From Nitrospirota bacterium (GTDB lineage: Bacteria > Nitrospirota > UBA9217), in NCBI GenBank assembly GCA_963845065.1, contig CAWJQQ010000001.1, forward strand, positions 384,001 to 448,000: 64,000 nt of DNA, read 5' to 3'. The position numbers and the translations under genes were made by a program. Within the stretch, counting starts at the first letter, position 1; every line of letters begins with the position of its first letter. Below the pieces are notes generated by a model. That model ran no database searches and was not told the DNA's origin. It was given only the letters and a program-made list of their open reading frames with translations. Below are positions 1 to 9,868 of the stretch, in pieces.

Positions 1-386
1 GGAGGACAGCCAACGGGAATGTCACACCAGTAAGCACCATCTCTGGAACAAATACTGGCTTGAACCAACCACAGGGTATTGCCGTGGACACGGTAAATAA
101 CCAGATCTTTGCGGCCAACTTCAATAACAATTCAATCACGGTATATGGGAGAACAGCGACTGGGAATGTCACGCCGATAAATACCATCTCCGGCGCAAAC
201 ACAGGCTTGGGCGACCCATCCGGCATAGCTGTGGACACGGTAAATAACCAGATCTTTGTATCCAACTGGGGATACGGCACAATCACGGTATATGGGAGGA
301 CAGCCACCGGAAATGTCACACCGGTAAGGACCATATCTTCCGCAAGCACGGTTTTGAGAGGCCCAGAAGGTATTGCGCTGCAGTAG
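1..386 (+). CDS. NHL-repeat/beta-propeller protein, C-terminal part (5' end outside window)
   Basis: Frame open from the window start; ~48-aa repeats (GL..P.GIAVDTVNNQIF..N....ITVYGRTA.GNVTP..TIS) with matching 144-bp DNA repeats. Confidence 0.85.
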   Translation, partial: RTANGNVTPVSTISGTNTGLNQPQGIAVDTVNNQIFAANFNNNSITVYGRTATGNVTPINTISGANTGLGDPSGIAVDTVNNQIFVSNWGYGTITVYGRTATGNVTPVRTISSASTVLRGPEGIALQ

Positions 387-489
387 CGTTTGGTAAGATT
401 GGCATGCTATGTTGCCCGACATCTTGTCATACTTTGTCTTTGATCAAGATGGCGCATGCTCCTTAGCCAACAAACTGATCAATGCCCCA

Positions 490-740
490 AGTAATGTGCG
501 GGCGGCCGTGAGACCGCAGGGGAAGCTCGCAGGGGGTAGAGTGGCGCCCCGATAAATCGGGATGTTCCATAGGGAGACCGTTGAATCCCGCAAGCAGTCG
601 GGTCAGTCGTTTTCCGGCACCACATGCAGGTGCAGTAGGTCATTGAGGCATTCGATCAGTTGGGTGGAGTTTTCGGAACTCACGTCGTTATAAGCCTATG
701 CAGTAGCCCTCTTTCTCCGCGCGGGAAGGAGGGCCGTTTT
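490..740. ncRNA. Candidate structured RNA, possibly an orphan IS110-family non-coding end
   Basis: GC-rich non-coding tract with successive hairpins (gcggcc-gtga-gaccgc, cccga-taaa-tcggg, gcacc..ggtgc, gagtt..aactc, 12-bp stem 706-734). Confidence 0.45.
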
Positions 741-907
741 TCTGGATGGTGGATAGCTTACTGGTTTAAAAAGATGAACATGTCGTGAACTACTGCATGT
801 TGGCTGGTTTCTATTGTGATATAAAAAAACAAGACAACAATCGGAAATTAACAACACAAAAACTTATTACTAAGAAAATGCGCAATATCGTTTCCAAACG
901 TCCTAAA

Positions 908-950
908 GGTTCATAACCCGAAGGGCGTCGGTTTAAATCTGACCCTCCGA
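908..950 (+). pseudogene. Degenerate 3' half of initiator tRNA-Met (possible att remnant)
   Basis: GGTTCATAACCCGAAGGGCGTCGGTTTAAATCTGACCC versus canonical GGCTCATAACCCGAAGGTCGTCGGTTCAAATCCGGCCC; no 5' half. Confidence 0.7.
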
Positions 951-1100
951 AAAAAGGGCAGAATTCGAGAATTGGACAGTTCCCTTTCACTGGAACACCT
1001 CACCACTATAGTATCTTATCGTTTTTTCCCACGATTTTAATAAGTTGAGATATCTTATATGATAGTATATGTTATAGTCATTAATGCAAGGAGATCCCAC

Positions 1101-1379
1101 ATGAAAACTGTAACAGCGCTTTATCTACGCAAGAAACTCGGCAGCGTTCTCAATTCCGTGGCGGAAAAACATGAGCCGGTGACGATTACCCGGGCGAACA
1201 GGCCGCTTGCGGTCATCATTTCAGCTGATGATTATCAGGAGAAGGTGTTGAAGAGCGACCGGGGGCAAAAACTGAAGGAACTATCATTAAGGATGAACGC
1301 ATGGAAGAGTGAACACCGAAAAGAGACAGCGCGGATTGATGCGGTCAAAGCGATCCGGGAAATGAGGGAGCGTAGATGA
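1101..1379 (+). CDS. Phd/YefM family type II antitoxin
   Basis: MKTVTALYLRKKLGSVLNSV..EPVTITRANRPLAVIIS Phd signature; AGGAG RBS; stop overlaps the toxin start (ATGA). Confidence 0.9.
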   Translation: MKTVTALYLRKKLGSVLNSVAEKHEPVTITRANRPLAVIISADDYQEKVLKSDRGQKLKELSLRMNAWKSEHRKETARIDAVKAIREMRERR

Positions 1380-1779
1380 TCGTTTTGGATGTGTCGGTCG
1401 CGCTCAAGTGGTTATTTGAGGATGAGGACGGCGGCGACCGGGCGGGTATATGAAGGACGATCACGTTGCCGGGCATGAGATCATTGCTGCGCCGGAATTG
1501 TTGTTTTATGAGATCGGCAATGTATTGGCGACAAAGACGCGACTCTCCAAAGCTGCTATTTCGGATGCATTTTCGATCCTGTGGGATTTTTCCCTCGAAC
1601 GGTTCGATCTTGGGTTGGAGGAGTTTCAGGACAGCTTGGCCCTCTCCCGAAAGTTTAAAATAACATTATATGATGCCGTTTATATCGAACTTTCTCGGAG
1701 ACACAAATGCACGTTCGTGACCGCAGACAAAAAACTGTACGAAAAGGTCAAAACCATAAAGACAATCGAACTTCTGTAA
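1376..1779 (+). pseudogene. vapC: VapC PIN-domain toxin with a frameshift near 1445-1450
   Basis: ATG 1376 gives MIVLDVSVALKW (PIN N-terminus) ending at TGA 1451-1453; the remainder (..EIGNVL..ITLYDAVYIEL..FVTADKKL) is in another frame. Confidence 0.85.
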
Positions 1780-2178
1780 AGATTACTATGACTGGTATGC
1801 GTGATAGCGTTGAATTTTGTGCGCGCTGCATGGCCATGTGGGATTATTACTTGTTGATTAACCCGCTGGTTAAGCCTTTCCTGGCGAACGCGAGAACTTC
1901 AGGTTCATTATCCGAAGTGATCCATTGAGGACACTTCAGCTTTTGGATAGACTTGAGGCAAAACGGTAAGTTTGATACTAGACGACCTTCAATCGGGGAT
2001 GTATTTATTCGCTAAGAGCAAACGATAGTTCTGATATACTAACGCCATTTATTCTTTGCGGCTGGTATCGTAATAATCGCATTCTGCAGTTAGAGAATCA
2101 TGGAGAGTTTAGCATCCTCCAGAAACGCAAAGGATGCATCAAACCCGGCTTTAAATACGTAAGATAAAGGAAGACATT

Positions 2179-2328
2179 ATGTACGAGTTGTTTGCCACTG
2201 CACAACGGGGAAAACACACCATCATCTTTATCATGGTACTTATTGGAATCGTTTCGATAGCTGTGCGGCTGCTGGTCAGATTTATAATGAAGGCTTCTGC
2301 TAAGTCGGGGAAATCGAAGAGGGCTTGA
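2179..2328 (+). CDS. Putative 49-aa single-pass membrane protein
   Basis: AAGGA RBS; MYELFATAQRGKHTIIFIMVLIGIVSIAVRLLVRFIMKASAKSGKSKRA has a hydrophobic core and a basic tail. Confidence 0.45.
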   Translation: MYELFATAQRGKHTIIFIMVLIGIVSIAVRLLVRFIMKASAKSGKSKRA

Positions 2329-2658
2329 GGATATGGCGGCTGTAATGGCAGCCGGTGTTCTCGGAATAATATTGCTATCGGCATTTAAGAAAATGAAATG
2401 ATGGAACAGTAAATTACGATGAATAGTATAGCTCGATTAAGGGATGGCAGATGCAATGTATACCATGGCTACGAATAAATATTGACCCTTTATCTGTACT
2501 GTTACTATCCTGCAATAAAAAAACGTATTTGAGTATCCTATAATACCTTGATTTTCTTGTGTGGGGTGAGGGGTTAGTGGAAACCCTTGGGGTGACCGAC
2601 CAGAAGGGGTTTTCTCCATTATTCCCAGCGCGTGCAAGGTAAATCACAGCATTGGGCA

Positions 2659-2695
2659 CAAAAAAGGCCTCCTGGGATGTTTTCCCAGGAGGCCT
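2659..2695 (-). terminator. Intrinsic terminator of the cohesin-domain gene
   Basis: Perfect 13-bp stem AGGCCTCCTGGGA/TCCCAGGAGGCCT followed by a U-tract on the minus strand. Confidence 0.9.
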
Positions 2696-2715
2696 GAGTT
2701 TTACGTCTGACGGTA

Positions 2716-3252
2716 CTACTGGTTAATCGTTGTTACCAGCATTTCCGCTGAGGGTACCACTATATCCGCCTGATCGTTGCAGGAGACCTTTGTCCCTGTA
2801 ATATTGATTGAAGTCTCGCCGGCATTGACCCCTTTGAAGTTCAGGTTGACGATATTGACGTTGCCCTGCTGCGGGGTAAGAGTAATACCGATTACCTTGC
2901 CATTTTCAGGGTTAACCACAACCATCCCACCAAATGATGCACCCGTGTTAACGAGATTGTCGTCGGTGAGTTGGATGATGGCGTTATTGTAGGTCAGGTC
3001 GATTGAATATGCACAGAACGGATCATCAGAAGATAGAACCACGGGAACGGTCACGGTCTGATCAGATGCTACCGTAAAGCTGGTCATTGAAAGCCCATCG
3101 ACCCCTAACGTTACGGTGTCATTGCTGTTCAGCTCCACGACAGACTGCGTGCTCTCTGCTGTTGATATGTTCCCAGAACCACCTGAGTTGCCACAACCAG
3201 AAACGAGTACTGCCACAACGATCACCATTAATACCATTATTCGCTGCTTCAT
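2716..3252 (-). CDS. Cohesin-domain lipoprotein
   Basis: GGAGG RBS; lipobox LVSGC; Gly/Ser linker; cohesin-like pattern TVTVPV..AYSIDLTYN..IVNLNFKG..AGETSINIT. Confidence 0.75.
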   Translation of the reverse strand: MKQRIMVLMVIVVAVLVSGCGNSGGSGNISTAESTQSVVELNSNDTVTLGVDGLSMTSFTVASDQTVTVPVVLSSDDPFCAYSIDLTYNNAIIQLTDDNLVNTGASFGGMVVVNPENGKVIGITLTPQQGNVNIVNLNFKGVNAGETSINITGTKVSCNDQADIVVPSAEMLVTTINQ

Positions 3253-3698
3253 TTGTTGCCTCCATAATAGAATTCGCCGCGAGGACGTTTTCATTGACGC
3301 AATGCAGTTCATATTGCCGTCTAATTTGAACAGCATATAAAATCCATCCAACATATCCCCTATATCGGCTTTTTGTAAACTGGTTCGTTATACTCTGCAT
3401 AAGAGGTGTTGTGATAGACTATAAATACGTATTTATACACTATTTATTTCCAGAAGTTTGTGACCGGTAAAATCCATCCAGTTCCTTACATCCATAAAAT
3501 ATCACGCCGTCTAAAATACGAGATTACCAATAGCGATGCAAACGTTATCAGTTTGGAAACCGTAATATTGTATAGCTTTTTCACAAAGTAATTCCCATGG
3601 GATGCCATCTATGAAAAGAGTATCCGATATCAAATAGCACATATCTTATCGACATATTTACAAATCTCTTTAATCAAAGGTGGCAATGTCCTCGTCAA

Positions 3699-4198
3699 TC
3701 AAACCAGGGCAAGAGTTTCCTGTTCCTTTTCAGGGACGATATTTTTCTTTTTTCTGCCGTTTTTCTTCTTCGACACATTCTCTGGTACGCTGGTTGATTC
3801 TATAACGGCTTCAAACGACTGCGTTTCGGTGGAAGTAGCAACGGGTTGCTGGACTTGGGTCTTCGGCTCTTCCTGCGAAAACTGCTGCTTGATGGCAGCA
3901 ACGATGTCTTCCACAGGTTTGGCTAGCAGGTCTACGCGCGCCAGCGTATCTGCATCGTACGGCTGGTTAGTCGTTTCGGCCCATTTAAGTGCTTCACGCG
4001 TGAGGTTTTGAGCGTGGAAATACCCTCGGCTCGGGTACGTTCAATCGGTATCGCCGTTTTGTCAATGACGACCTCTTTCCCTGCGGTAGCTTGGAGGTCC
4101 TTGCGGGTGATTTCCTATACCCTTGACTTAGTAAATGCCACCTTGCCCTTGATCACCGTATTGTCATCTATAGTGCTGGCTGACAGGATGTTTTTCAT
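3699..4198 (-). pseudogene. Decayed hypothetical gene
   Basis: ATG 4198 frame with an internal TAG, apparently frameshifting into the 3699..3914 ORF; no family recognised. Confidence 0.3.
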
Positions 4199-4373
4199 TT
4201 CATTCTACCAGTGAGCGGTTTTTTTTGGAGGGGGGTGGGGCGGGGTGGATATTAAATCATCGGCCAGAAGGTATTTGTGACGGTATGAGCCTGCAGCAGC
4301 ATGTGTTTATTTTAATTCCTGAATGCAATCGTGTTTTGAATCATTATAAAACAGAATAACTGGCGGCCGTGTT

Positions 4374-4545
4374 TTATATGATATCGTCGAGATGGTGCGA
4401 ACCATGCACAACTCTATGAATTTCTCTGGTACGGCCACGGATCACGTAGAGCACAAGGTAGGATCCGATGATGAGAACGTGATATCCGTATCCTGCAAGT
4501 TTTTCATGTTTGGTCACCCTACCAAATTGTGGGTTGACCGCGAGA
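4374..4545 (-). pseudogene. RelE/ParE toxin C-terminal fragment
   Basis: Minus frame reads LAVNPQFGRVTKHEKLAGYGYHVLIIGSYLVLYVIRGRTREIHRVVHGSHHLDDII*; no start. Confidence 0.7.
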
Positions 4546-4548
4546 GCC

Positions 4549-4977
4549 GTTCGGAGAGAACTTTTCGATATGGAGATCTAGTGACGGACAATGGCCAGGA
4601 TATCTGGCGAGGTAAACGCAGACTTCATTCCCGTCACAAGCGTACGTACAGGGTTTCTCAGGGACTCAGCTGAGTATAAGGAATTTCTCGTCGTGATGGG
4701 TAAGGTAATGGAGGACGTGAAGGTATTACTCCAGAAGCTCATTACAAAGAAGGAAGGAAAGCGCGTCAGCCGGACCTTGAGGGACGCACTCCAAAAAAAA
4801 AATATATATCTCTCCCTTGTATTAAACCCGGACTTCTTACCATTTGGAGTACTTCGTTTAGGTGATGAGACCAAGGGTGTCGGTAGCGCGGCTGAACTAT
4901 CGCAGAAAAAGGAAGGTCTCTCCGAGAGCGAGGTTAAACTTGAAGGTCAGAAGGTGATAGAGCAAGCGGGAGCGTAG
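4549..4977 (+). pseudogene. Internal fragment of a probable GHKL/HSP90-like ATP-binding protein
   Basis: VRRELFDMEI**RTMARISGEVNADFIPVTSVRTGF with two in-frame stops; resembles the post-ATPase domain. Confidence 0.45.
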
Positions 4978-5357
4978 AGGTGCGAGCCTTGTACGACCTG
5001 ATCCACTGGTCCGAGCCCATATCTGCGGTGCTAATATTATGACGATGGTGTAAAATCCTGATTGAAGTATGCACTGCCCCAGAAGAATCAATCCTAGGGC
5101 ATTTATGATAATTGATTTTTGTGCCAAAAGGCCGAAAGTTTTACAAACGATCGACTAGCGGGACGTTCCCCTGCTTTGTACACTTTTCATGGCCACTGAC
5201 AGAAACATATATAGTAACCAGTAAAACCCTGTCTGCCGCTCTAACCTTAACTGTCCAATCTCTGGGGTTCACTCTAGGTGTAATTTAAATAAAATGACAT
5301 TTCGTGGAGCAGAGAATGTTATCTGTCCCTGTATGTTTAACTAATTACTATTCACTT

Positions 5358-6554
5358 CTAACTTATCCCAGCCGGGACTCTTCCATAATAGCACCGTAAT
5401 GGATTGGCAACAACGCCCATTAGGCAATAACCGCAATTGATACACCGAGAGCGTTCCTGCCCCTGTTGGAATCGGTTCACAATATCGGGTTCGATGATGA
5501 ACGGTCTGGATAGGGACACAAAATCGATACCCTTTTCCGATATGAGCGTCTTGATATCTTGTAAACCTCTAATACCGCCCACGACAATTACCGGAATATC
5601 TACGTTCCGCTTGATCAATTCCGCAGCTCCTACGTTGTAATTAAAGATTGGCTTGCGGATCTTTACCAGGAAGGGAGCCATAAGCTTAAATAAACGTTTC
5701 TTATAGGACGGCATGTTCCGGTAGGTAGGAATGAGTCCTAACATGGCATCTACGGGCACTTTGGTCACTCGAATGGTATTCATGAAGTCTCCGTAACCGC
5801 AGGATACTTCAATGGCATCGCATAAGGCGGTCTGGAGCATCTGGGCAATCGTAACGGTTTCAGCCTCGGTCGGTCCCTGCTTATACTCGTCATGAGCGCT
5901 GATCTTTATGAGAATGGGGAATTTACCGACCTCCTTTCGAGCTCCAGAGAGAATTTCGGTAACGATTCTCATCCGGTTCTCCGTTGATCCACCCCACCTG
6001 TCTTTTCGCCTGTTTAGTATGGGAGAAATGAATTCGGAAAGAAGATAGCCATGAGCAGCGTGGAGCTCAACTCCGCCGAACCCTGCTGACTTAGCGCGAA
6101 CGATAGCAGCCACAAAAGCATCGATGATAGATCTGATCTCGACGTCGCTTGTTTCTTTTACTCTATCGCCATATTCGTTTTTTCTGCGAGGACTCGCACT
6201 CACGACTTCCTGGCCTGTAATCTTGGACATGGACCTGCTGCCACCATGGGCTATCTGGAGGATCACTGGTGTGTTGTACTGCTTCAACTGGTCATTGATG
6301 GATTTGTAGACATCGATATAAACGTCACTGTCGAACATCCGCATGTTCGGGGTGGCTCTTCCGTTCTGCATCACGCTCACGAAGCCCGTTATAATTGCGC
6401 CTGCGCCGCCTGCCGAAAGGTTACGGTACATCTTTAGCAGATCGTCTGTAGGAGTCCCGTTGGCATTCGCCATGCCCTCGTGAGTCGCTGAGCGGATGAT
6501 TCGGTTTTTCAGGCTAAGTGTTCCGAGCGAACAAGGTTCAAAGATATTTTTCAT
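5358..6554 (-). CDS. NADH:flavin oxidoreductase (Old Yellow Enzyme family)
   Basis: LKNRIIRSATHE, LQIAHGG, GVELHAAHGYLLSEFISP..NRRKDRWGGSTENR, C-terminal CxxCxxC. Confidence 0.95.
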   Translation of the reverse strand: MKNIFEPCSLGTLSLKNRIIRSATHEGMANANGTPTDDLLKMYRNLSAGGAGAIITGFVSVMQNGRATPNMRMFDSDVYIDVYKSINDQLKQYNTPVILQIAHGGSRSMSKITGQEVVSASPRRKNEYGDRVKETSDVEIRSIIDAFVAAIVRAKSAGFGGVELHAAHGYLLSEFISPILNRRKDRWGGSTENRMRIVTEILSGARKEVGKFPILIKISAHDEYKQGPTEAETVTIAQMLQTALCDAIEVSCGYGDFMNTIRVTKVPVDAMLGLIPTYRNMPSYKKRLFKLMAPFLVKIRKPIFNYNVGAAELIKRNVDIPVIVVGGIRGLQDIKTLISEKGIDFVSLSRPFIIEPDIVNRFQQGQERSRCINCGYCLMGVVANPLRCYYGRVPAGIS

Positions 6555-6618
6555 TTGATAACCCTCCTCTTAATTAATTCCATGGCTCGATTTTGATCTG
6601 TCTGAGCGATGTAACAAT

Positions 6619-6728
6619 AAAAAAGCCGAGCATACCAAAGGCATCATCCTTCGGCAGCTCGGCCGTCTTGGTCTTTTAAGACCCGTGGCTTTCCGTCCCC
6701 CTCTTGCGAAGGGTTTGGCTTTATCGTG
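6619..6728 (-). promoter_or_regulatory. c-di-GMP-I (GEMM) riboswitch with intrinsic terminator platform
   Basis: Minus strand CGAUAAAGCCAAACCCUUC-GCAA-GAGGGGGACGGAAAGCCACGGGUCU..GACGGCCGAGCUGCCG followed by a GCCGAGC/GCUCGGC-U6 terminator. Confidence 0.92.
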
Positions 6729-6924
6729 ATAGACTACTCATCTAAAGAAACAGAATGCACGATATGTACCTATTCTGACATATTATGTTTTTACGAAACT
6801 AAGAAAGTTTATGAAATTTTGATTTATTTACTATAGCACTGATATGGTTGACAGTTGTCAAGAGGGAAAATAGTCTCCTGCCCCTTTTTTAAGGGTTCAT
6901 AGTTTAAGTATAATTCCAGGGCAT

Positions 6925-7095
6925 AAGGAGGGACGGGGCCGACTTGTGCGACGTTTGATCACTCTGATATTCGCGGGTTTGACCGCAAGACCTTTCTTCG
7001 TCGCGGAGCTGCCTCGCTCTAAAAGCGGAAGTTCGGCATTGCCTTATTCCATAGTGCGGACGAGGATTCTCCGTAAACGTGGCCGCGTCCCCGCT
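6925..7095 (-). ncRNA. Putative bridge/seek RNA of the IS1111-group element
   Basis: Structured region 3' of the transposase, closed by GGGACGCGGCC/GGCCCCGTCCC; this is the IS1111 ncRNA position. Confidence 0.6.
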
Positions 7096-7339
7096 TATGC
7101 CTTGGAGATTGTTTGATGTTAGCTGGCGTCCTCCTTTGGTTTTTTACTTTAGTCGTTTTCGTTTCCGCTTCCGGGCGTCTTCAAATTTTCGATTCTGTTC
7201 TTTGAAAAATCTCGATGCTCCCGTTTTTACCTTTGAGGATCGATTTATTCTTTCACAAATGCCCCAGGATTGATTTTCCAGAGGCGGTCCATACTGAGAG
7301 ACCCCCTCAAGTTTTGTGTGACGCCTTGTTCTTTCATCT

Positions 7340-8440
7340 TTATGCGCTCTGAGGATTCACTTCCCGGGCAATTGCCCATATGAAGCCGCACAATTCTCTG
7401 GCGATAGCTGTTACCACCTTGTTTCTAGACTTCCCTTTGGCCGTAAGCTTACGGAATCGTCCGCAGAGCCGCACTTGGGCTTTCCAAGAGACGTCGAGAA
7501 TGTTTTTCGGCAACCCCTCTTGTCGTTTGAGGAGCACTCGGCTGACTCGGGCTGGGAAACTGTAAGCTTGAGCCGCTTCGATTAACGCGCGTCTAACGTG
7601 AGTGTTTCCGGTTTTGGTGATGCCCCCTCGTCTGGTGCTGTCTCCGCTGGAGTACTCGGAGGGAACCAGCCCTAGATATCCCATAAGATGCTTGGGATTT
7701 TTAAAACGGCCCAAGTCTCCAATCTCAGCCATGGTGGTCGCAGCAGTTACATCCGCTACACCGCGTAGCGATTGGATTGCACGTACGACAGGGGCCGTTC
7801 GGCATGTTGGAATGAGCTTTTGAATCTGCTCCGTTAGCCGGGAAACACGCGCAGAGCATTCCTGCACAGTGTTGATGTACTCTTGCAGCGTGATCTGCTG
7901 AGCAGGGTGTGGCATCTTGATGTCCGACAGCCAACGCATGTGGGCTTGGGTCCATGCGGTTTCCCCAGAGTATCGGTGTCCATGCCGCAGAAGCATCGCG
8001 CCTAATCGCTGCCGAGCGGTGCGCTGGGCCTTAATTGCGTCTTCGCGGCCACGTGTCAGGTCTCGCATGGCTTCATCTTCTTCCTGGGGTACGTAAACAG
8101 GGGTCAGTTCTCCAGCCCGATACAGCCTTGCAAGACTTTGCGCGTCACGACGATCGGTTTTGACGCGATCGCCGCTTTTCTTGGGGATCAGCGAGGGTGC
8201 CACAACCGTGCATTTGTAACCTTTTTTGGTCAGATGGCGGTATATTTCATAACCGCATGGGCCGGCTTCATAGACAAAGTGCAGTTCCGTTCCTTTGCTT
8301 TCAAGCTTTCTAACCATTTTGTCCAATGACGACATGTCACTGCCAATCTTACCGTAGTAGCGAACCTCTTGATTGTCGTCGGTGTCTGCTGTTGCCACTG
8401 CTATTGAGTTTTTTGCTGAATCGAGACCTACTATTGTGAT
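7340..8440 (-). CDS. IS110 family recombinase/transposase, start codon lost
   Basis: ITIVGLD, YEAGPCG, KTDRRDA (DEDD) and EYSSG serine loop; frame open upstream of GTG 8398 with no proper start. Confidence 0.9.
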   Translation of the reverse strand: MTIVGLDSAKNSIAVATADTDDNQEVRYYGKIGSDMSSLDKMVRKLESKGTELHFVYEAGPCGYEIYRHLTKKGYKCTVVAPSLIPKKSGDRVKTDRRDAQSLARLYRAGELTPVYVPQEEDEAMRDLTRGREDAIKAQRTARQRLGAMLLRHGHRYSGETAWTQAHMRWLSDIKMPHPAQQITLQEYINTVQECSARVSRLTEQIQKLIPTCRTAPVVRAIQSLRGVADVTAATTMAEIGDLGRFKNPKHLMGYLGLVPSEYSSGDSTRRGGITKTGNTHVRRALIEAAQAYSFPARVSRVLLKRQEGLPKNILDVSWKAQVRLCGRFRKLTAKGKSRNKVVTAIARELCGFIWAIAREVNPQSA

Positions 8441-8767
8441 AGAATCAATAAGGATTGTGACGACATCTTCACGTCGTACTCAATCCATAATTCAAGAAGC
8501 CCGGAGCGGCAGGATGATGACCGATAGTCTCTATATATAGGGTAATGCTTCGAGGGGTCGTTTTTGGTTAAAGCCTGAATGGGCAGTTTATGGAGAGTGA
8601 GAGCTCGTGTCGGTCTGATTATAAAAAAACAAACGTGATTCCCATTATACTCACACGCAGAAATCATCGCCTGATCCGCTCGCGCGGCCGAACGGGAGCG
8701 TTGACCCGCAGATGATGCCTGCGGGATCTTACACGAGAAACACGTGGTGAATCAAAATCGTCGGATG

Positions 8768-9868
8768 CTATCCGGCGCGTGCCAGGTGCTGCGGCGGCGG
8801 AGAAATCGAAATCACTTTGAGAAAGCCACCGCAGCACCCGCATGTTGGATGAGGCATTGGGGGCGTCTGTTCGACTTCAGACATCGTCACCTCAAATCCA
8901 TAAGCCAGCTCAATCAGCGTCCTGATGTTCTCAAGCGGGACTTTGCAGGTCGGGCTTAAGAAGCCGTAATATCGCACCTTCATGAACCCCGTCGGTAGAA
9001 CGTGCTGGAGGAAGCGACGCATAAATTCCATCACCTCAAGTTCCAGCGTTCTCCAGCGATTGCTATTGGTCTTTTTGTAATGAATGAAGATCTGACGATT
9101 CTTGACTTTCACGATCCGGCTGTTGGACAAGGCTACCCGAAAGACATAGGGGGCAAGATACTTGAGACTCCCTTCGCTGTCGCCCACGGCTTGCGAGTTC
9201 ACGTTCCAGTCGATGCGCCAGACCTCTTCGGGGATTTGATCAAAAAGGCCTGCTTTTTTCATCTCATCCTTGAACTTCGCCCGGAAAATGGGAGATAGCG
9301 CTTGGACCGGCACATAGAAACCGGTTCCTGACGGTTTCCATGTTTTATCCTCGGACGAAAACGCCCCACCTACGACGATATAGTGGACATGGGGGTGAAA
9401 CTCCAGTGTTCTGCCCCATGTGTGCAGGACCCCGAAGAAGCCCGGCAGATCGCCGCCCATGAACTTGGGGTCGAGAACCAGCTTTTTCATAGCCGCTGAA
9501 GAAGCAGAAAACAAGGCAGCATAAGCTGCTCGTTGATTGCCTCTGATGAACCGACGAATCTGCTCGGGCACCGTGAACGTGATCATGAAGTGATGTCCTG
9601 GCATCCGCCGATCAATCTGTTTTTCGAGCCACTGTCGGCTCTTATGATACTGGCAGGTCGGGCAGTGACGGTTGCCGCAAGAACGATGGATGGCATGGTC
9701 TTTCCCGCAGTCTTCGCAACGGAACCAGGTCGTCCCACAAGCTGGAGTGCGGCAGTTGATAATTGCGTCTATTGCCTTGCGATGTTCCAGAGGAATCGCT
9801 TCGCCAAACCGTGACACGTACTCCGGGGCATAGGTGCGGAAAATCTCATTGATCGTGTCCATGGTCAA
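8768..9868 (-). CDS. IS91-family (Y2 HUH) transposase
   Basis: Zn motif CEDC..CGNRHCPTC, TFTVP, HTWG..HPHVH, YLAPY. Confidence 0.95.
   Translation of the reverse strand: MTMDTINEIFRTYAPEYVSRFGEAIPLEHRKAIDAIINCRTPACGTTWFRCEDCGKDHAIHRSCGNRHCPTCQYHKSRQWLEKQIDRRMPGHHFMITFTVPEQIRRFIRGNQRAAYAALFSASSAAMKKLVLDPKFMGGDLPGFFGVLHTWGRTLEFHPHVHYIVVGGAFSSEDKTWKPSGTGFYVPVQALSPIFRAKFKDEMKKAGLFDQIPEEVWRIDWNVNSQAVGDSEGSLKYLAPYVFRVALSNSRIVKVKNRQIFIHYKKTNSNRWRTLELEVMEFMRRFLQHVLPTGFMKVRYYGFLSPTCKVPLENIRTLIELAYGFEVTMSEVEQTPPMPHPTCGCCGGFLKVISISPPPQHLARAG

Larger units (their letters stand above)
6839..8445 (-). mobile_element. IS110 family (IS1111 group) element lacking its left end
   Basis: Transposase plus ~500-bp 3' non-coding end; sub-terminal IR ATGGTTGACAGTT at 6844-6856. 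Confidence 0.85.

Noticed and set aside
6650..6728. cGAMP-sensing GEMM-Ib riboswitch
   Set aside because: The discriminator position is G, not A
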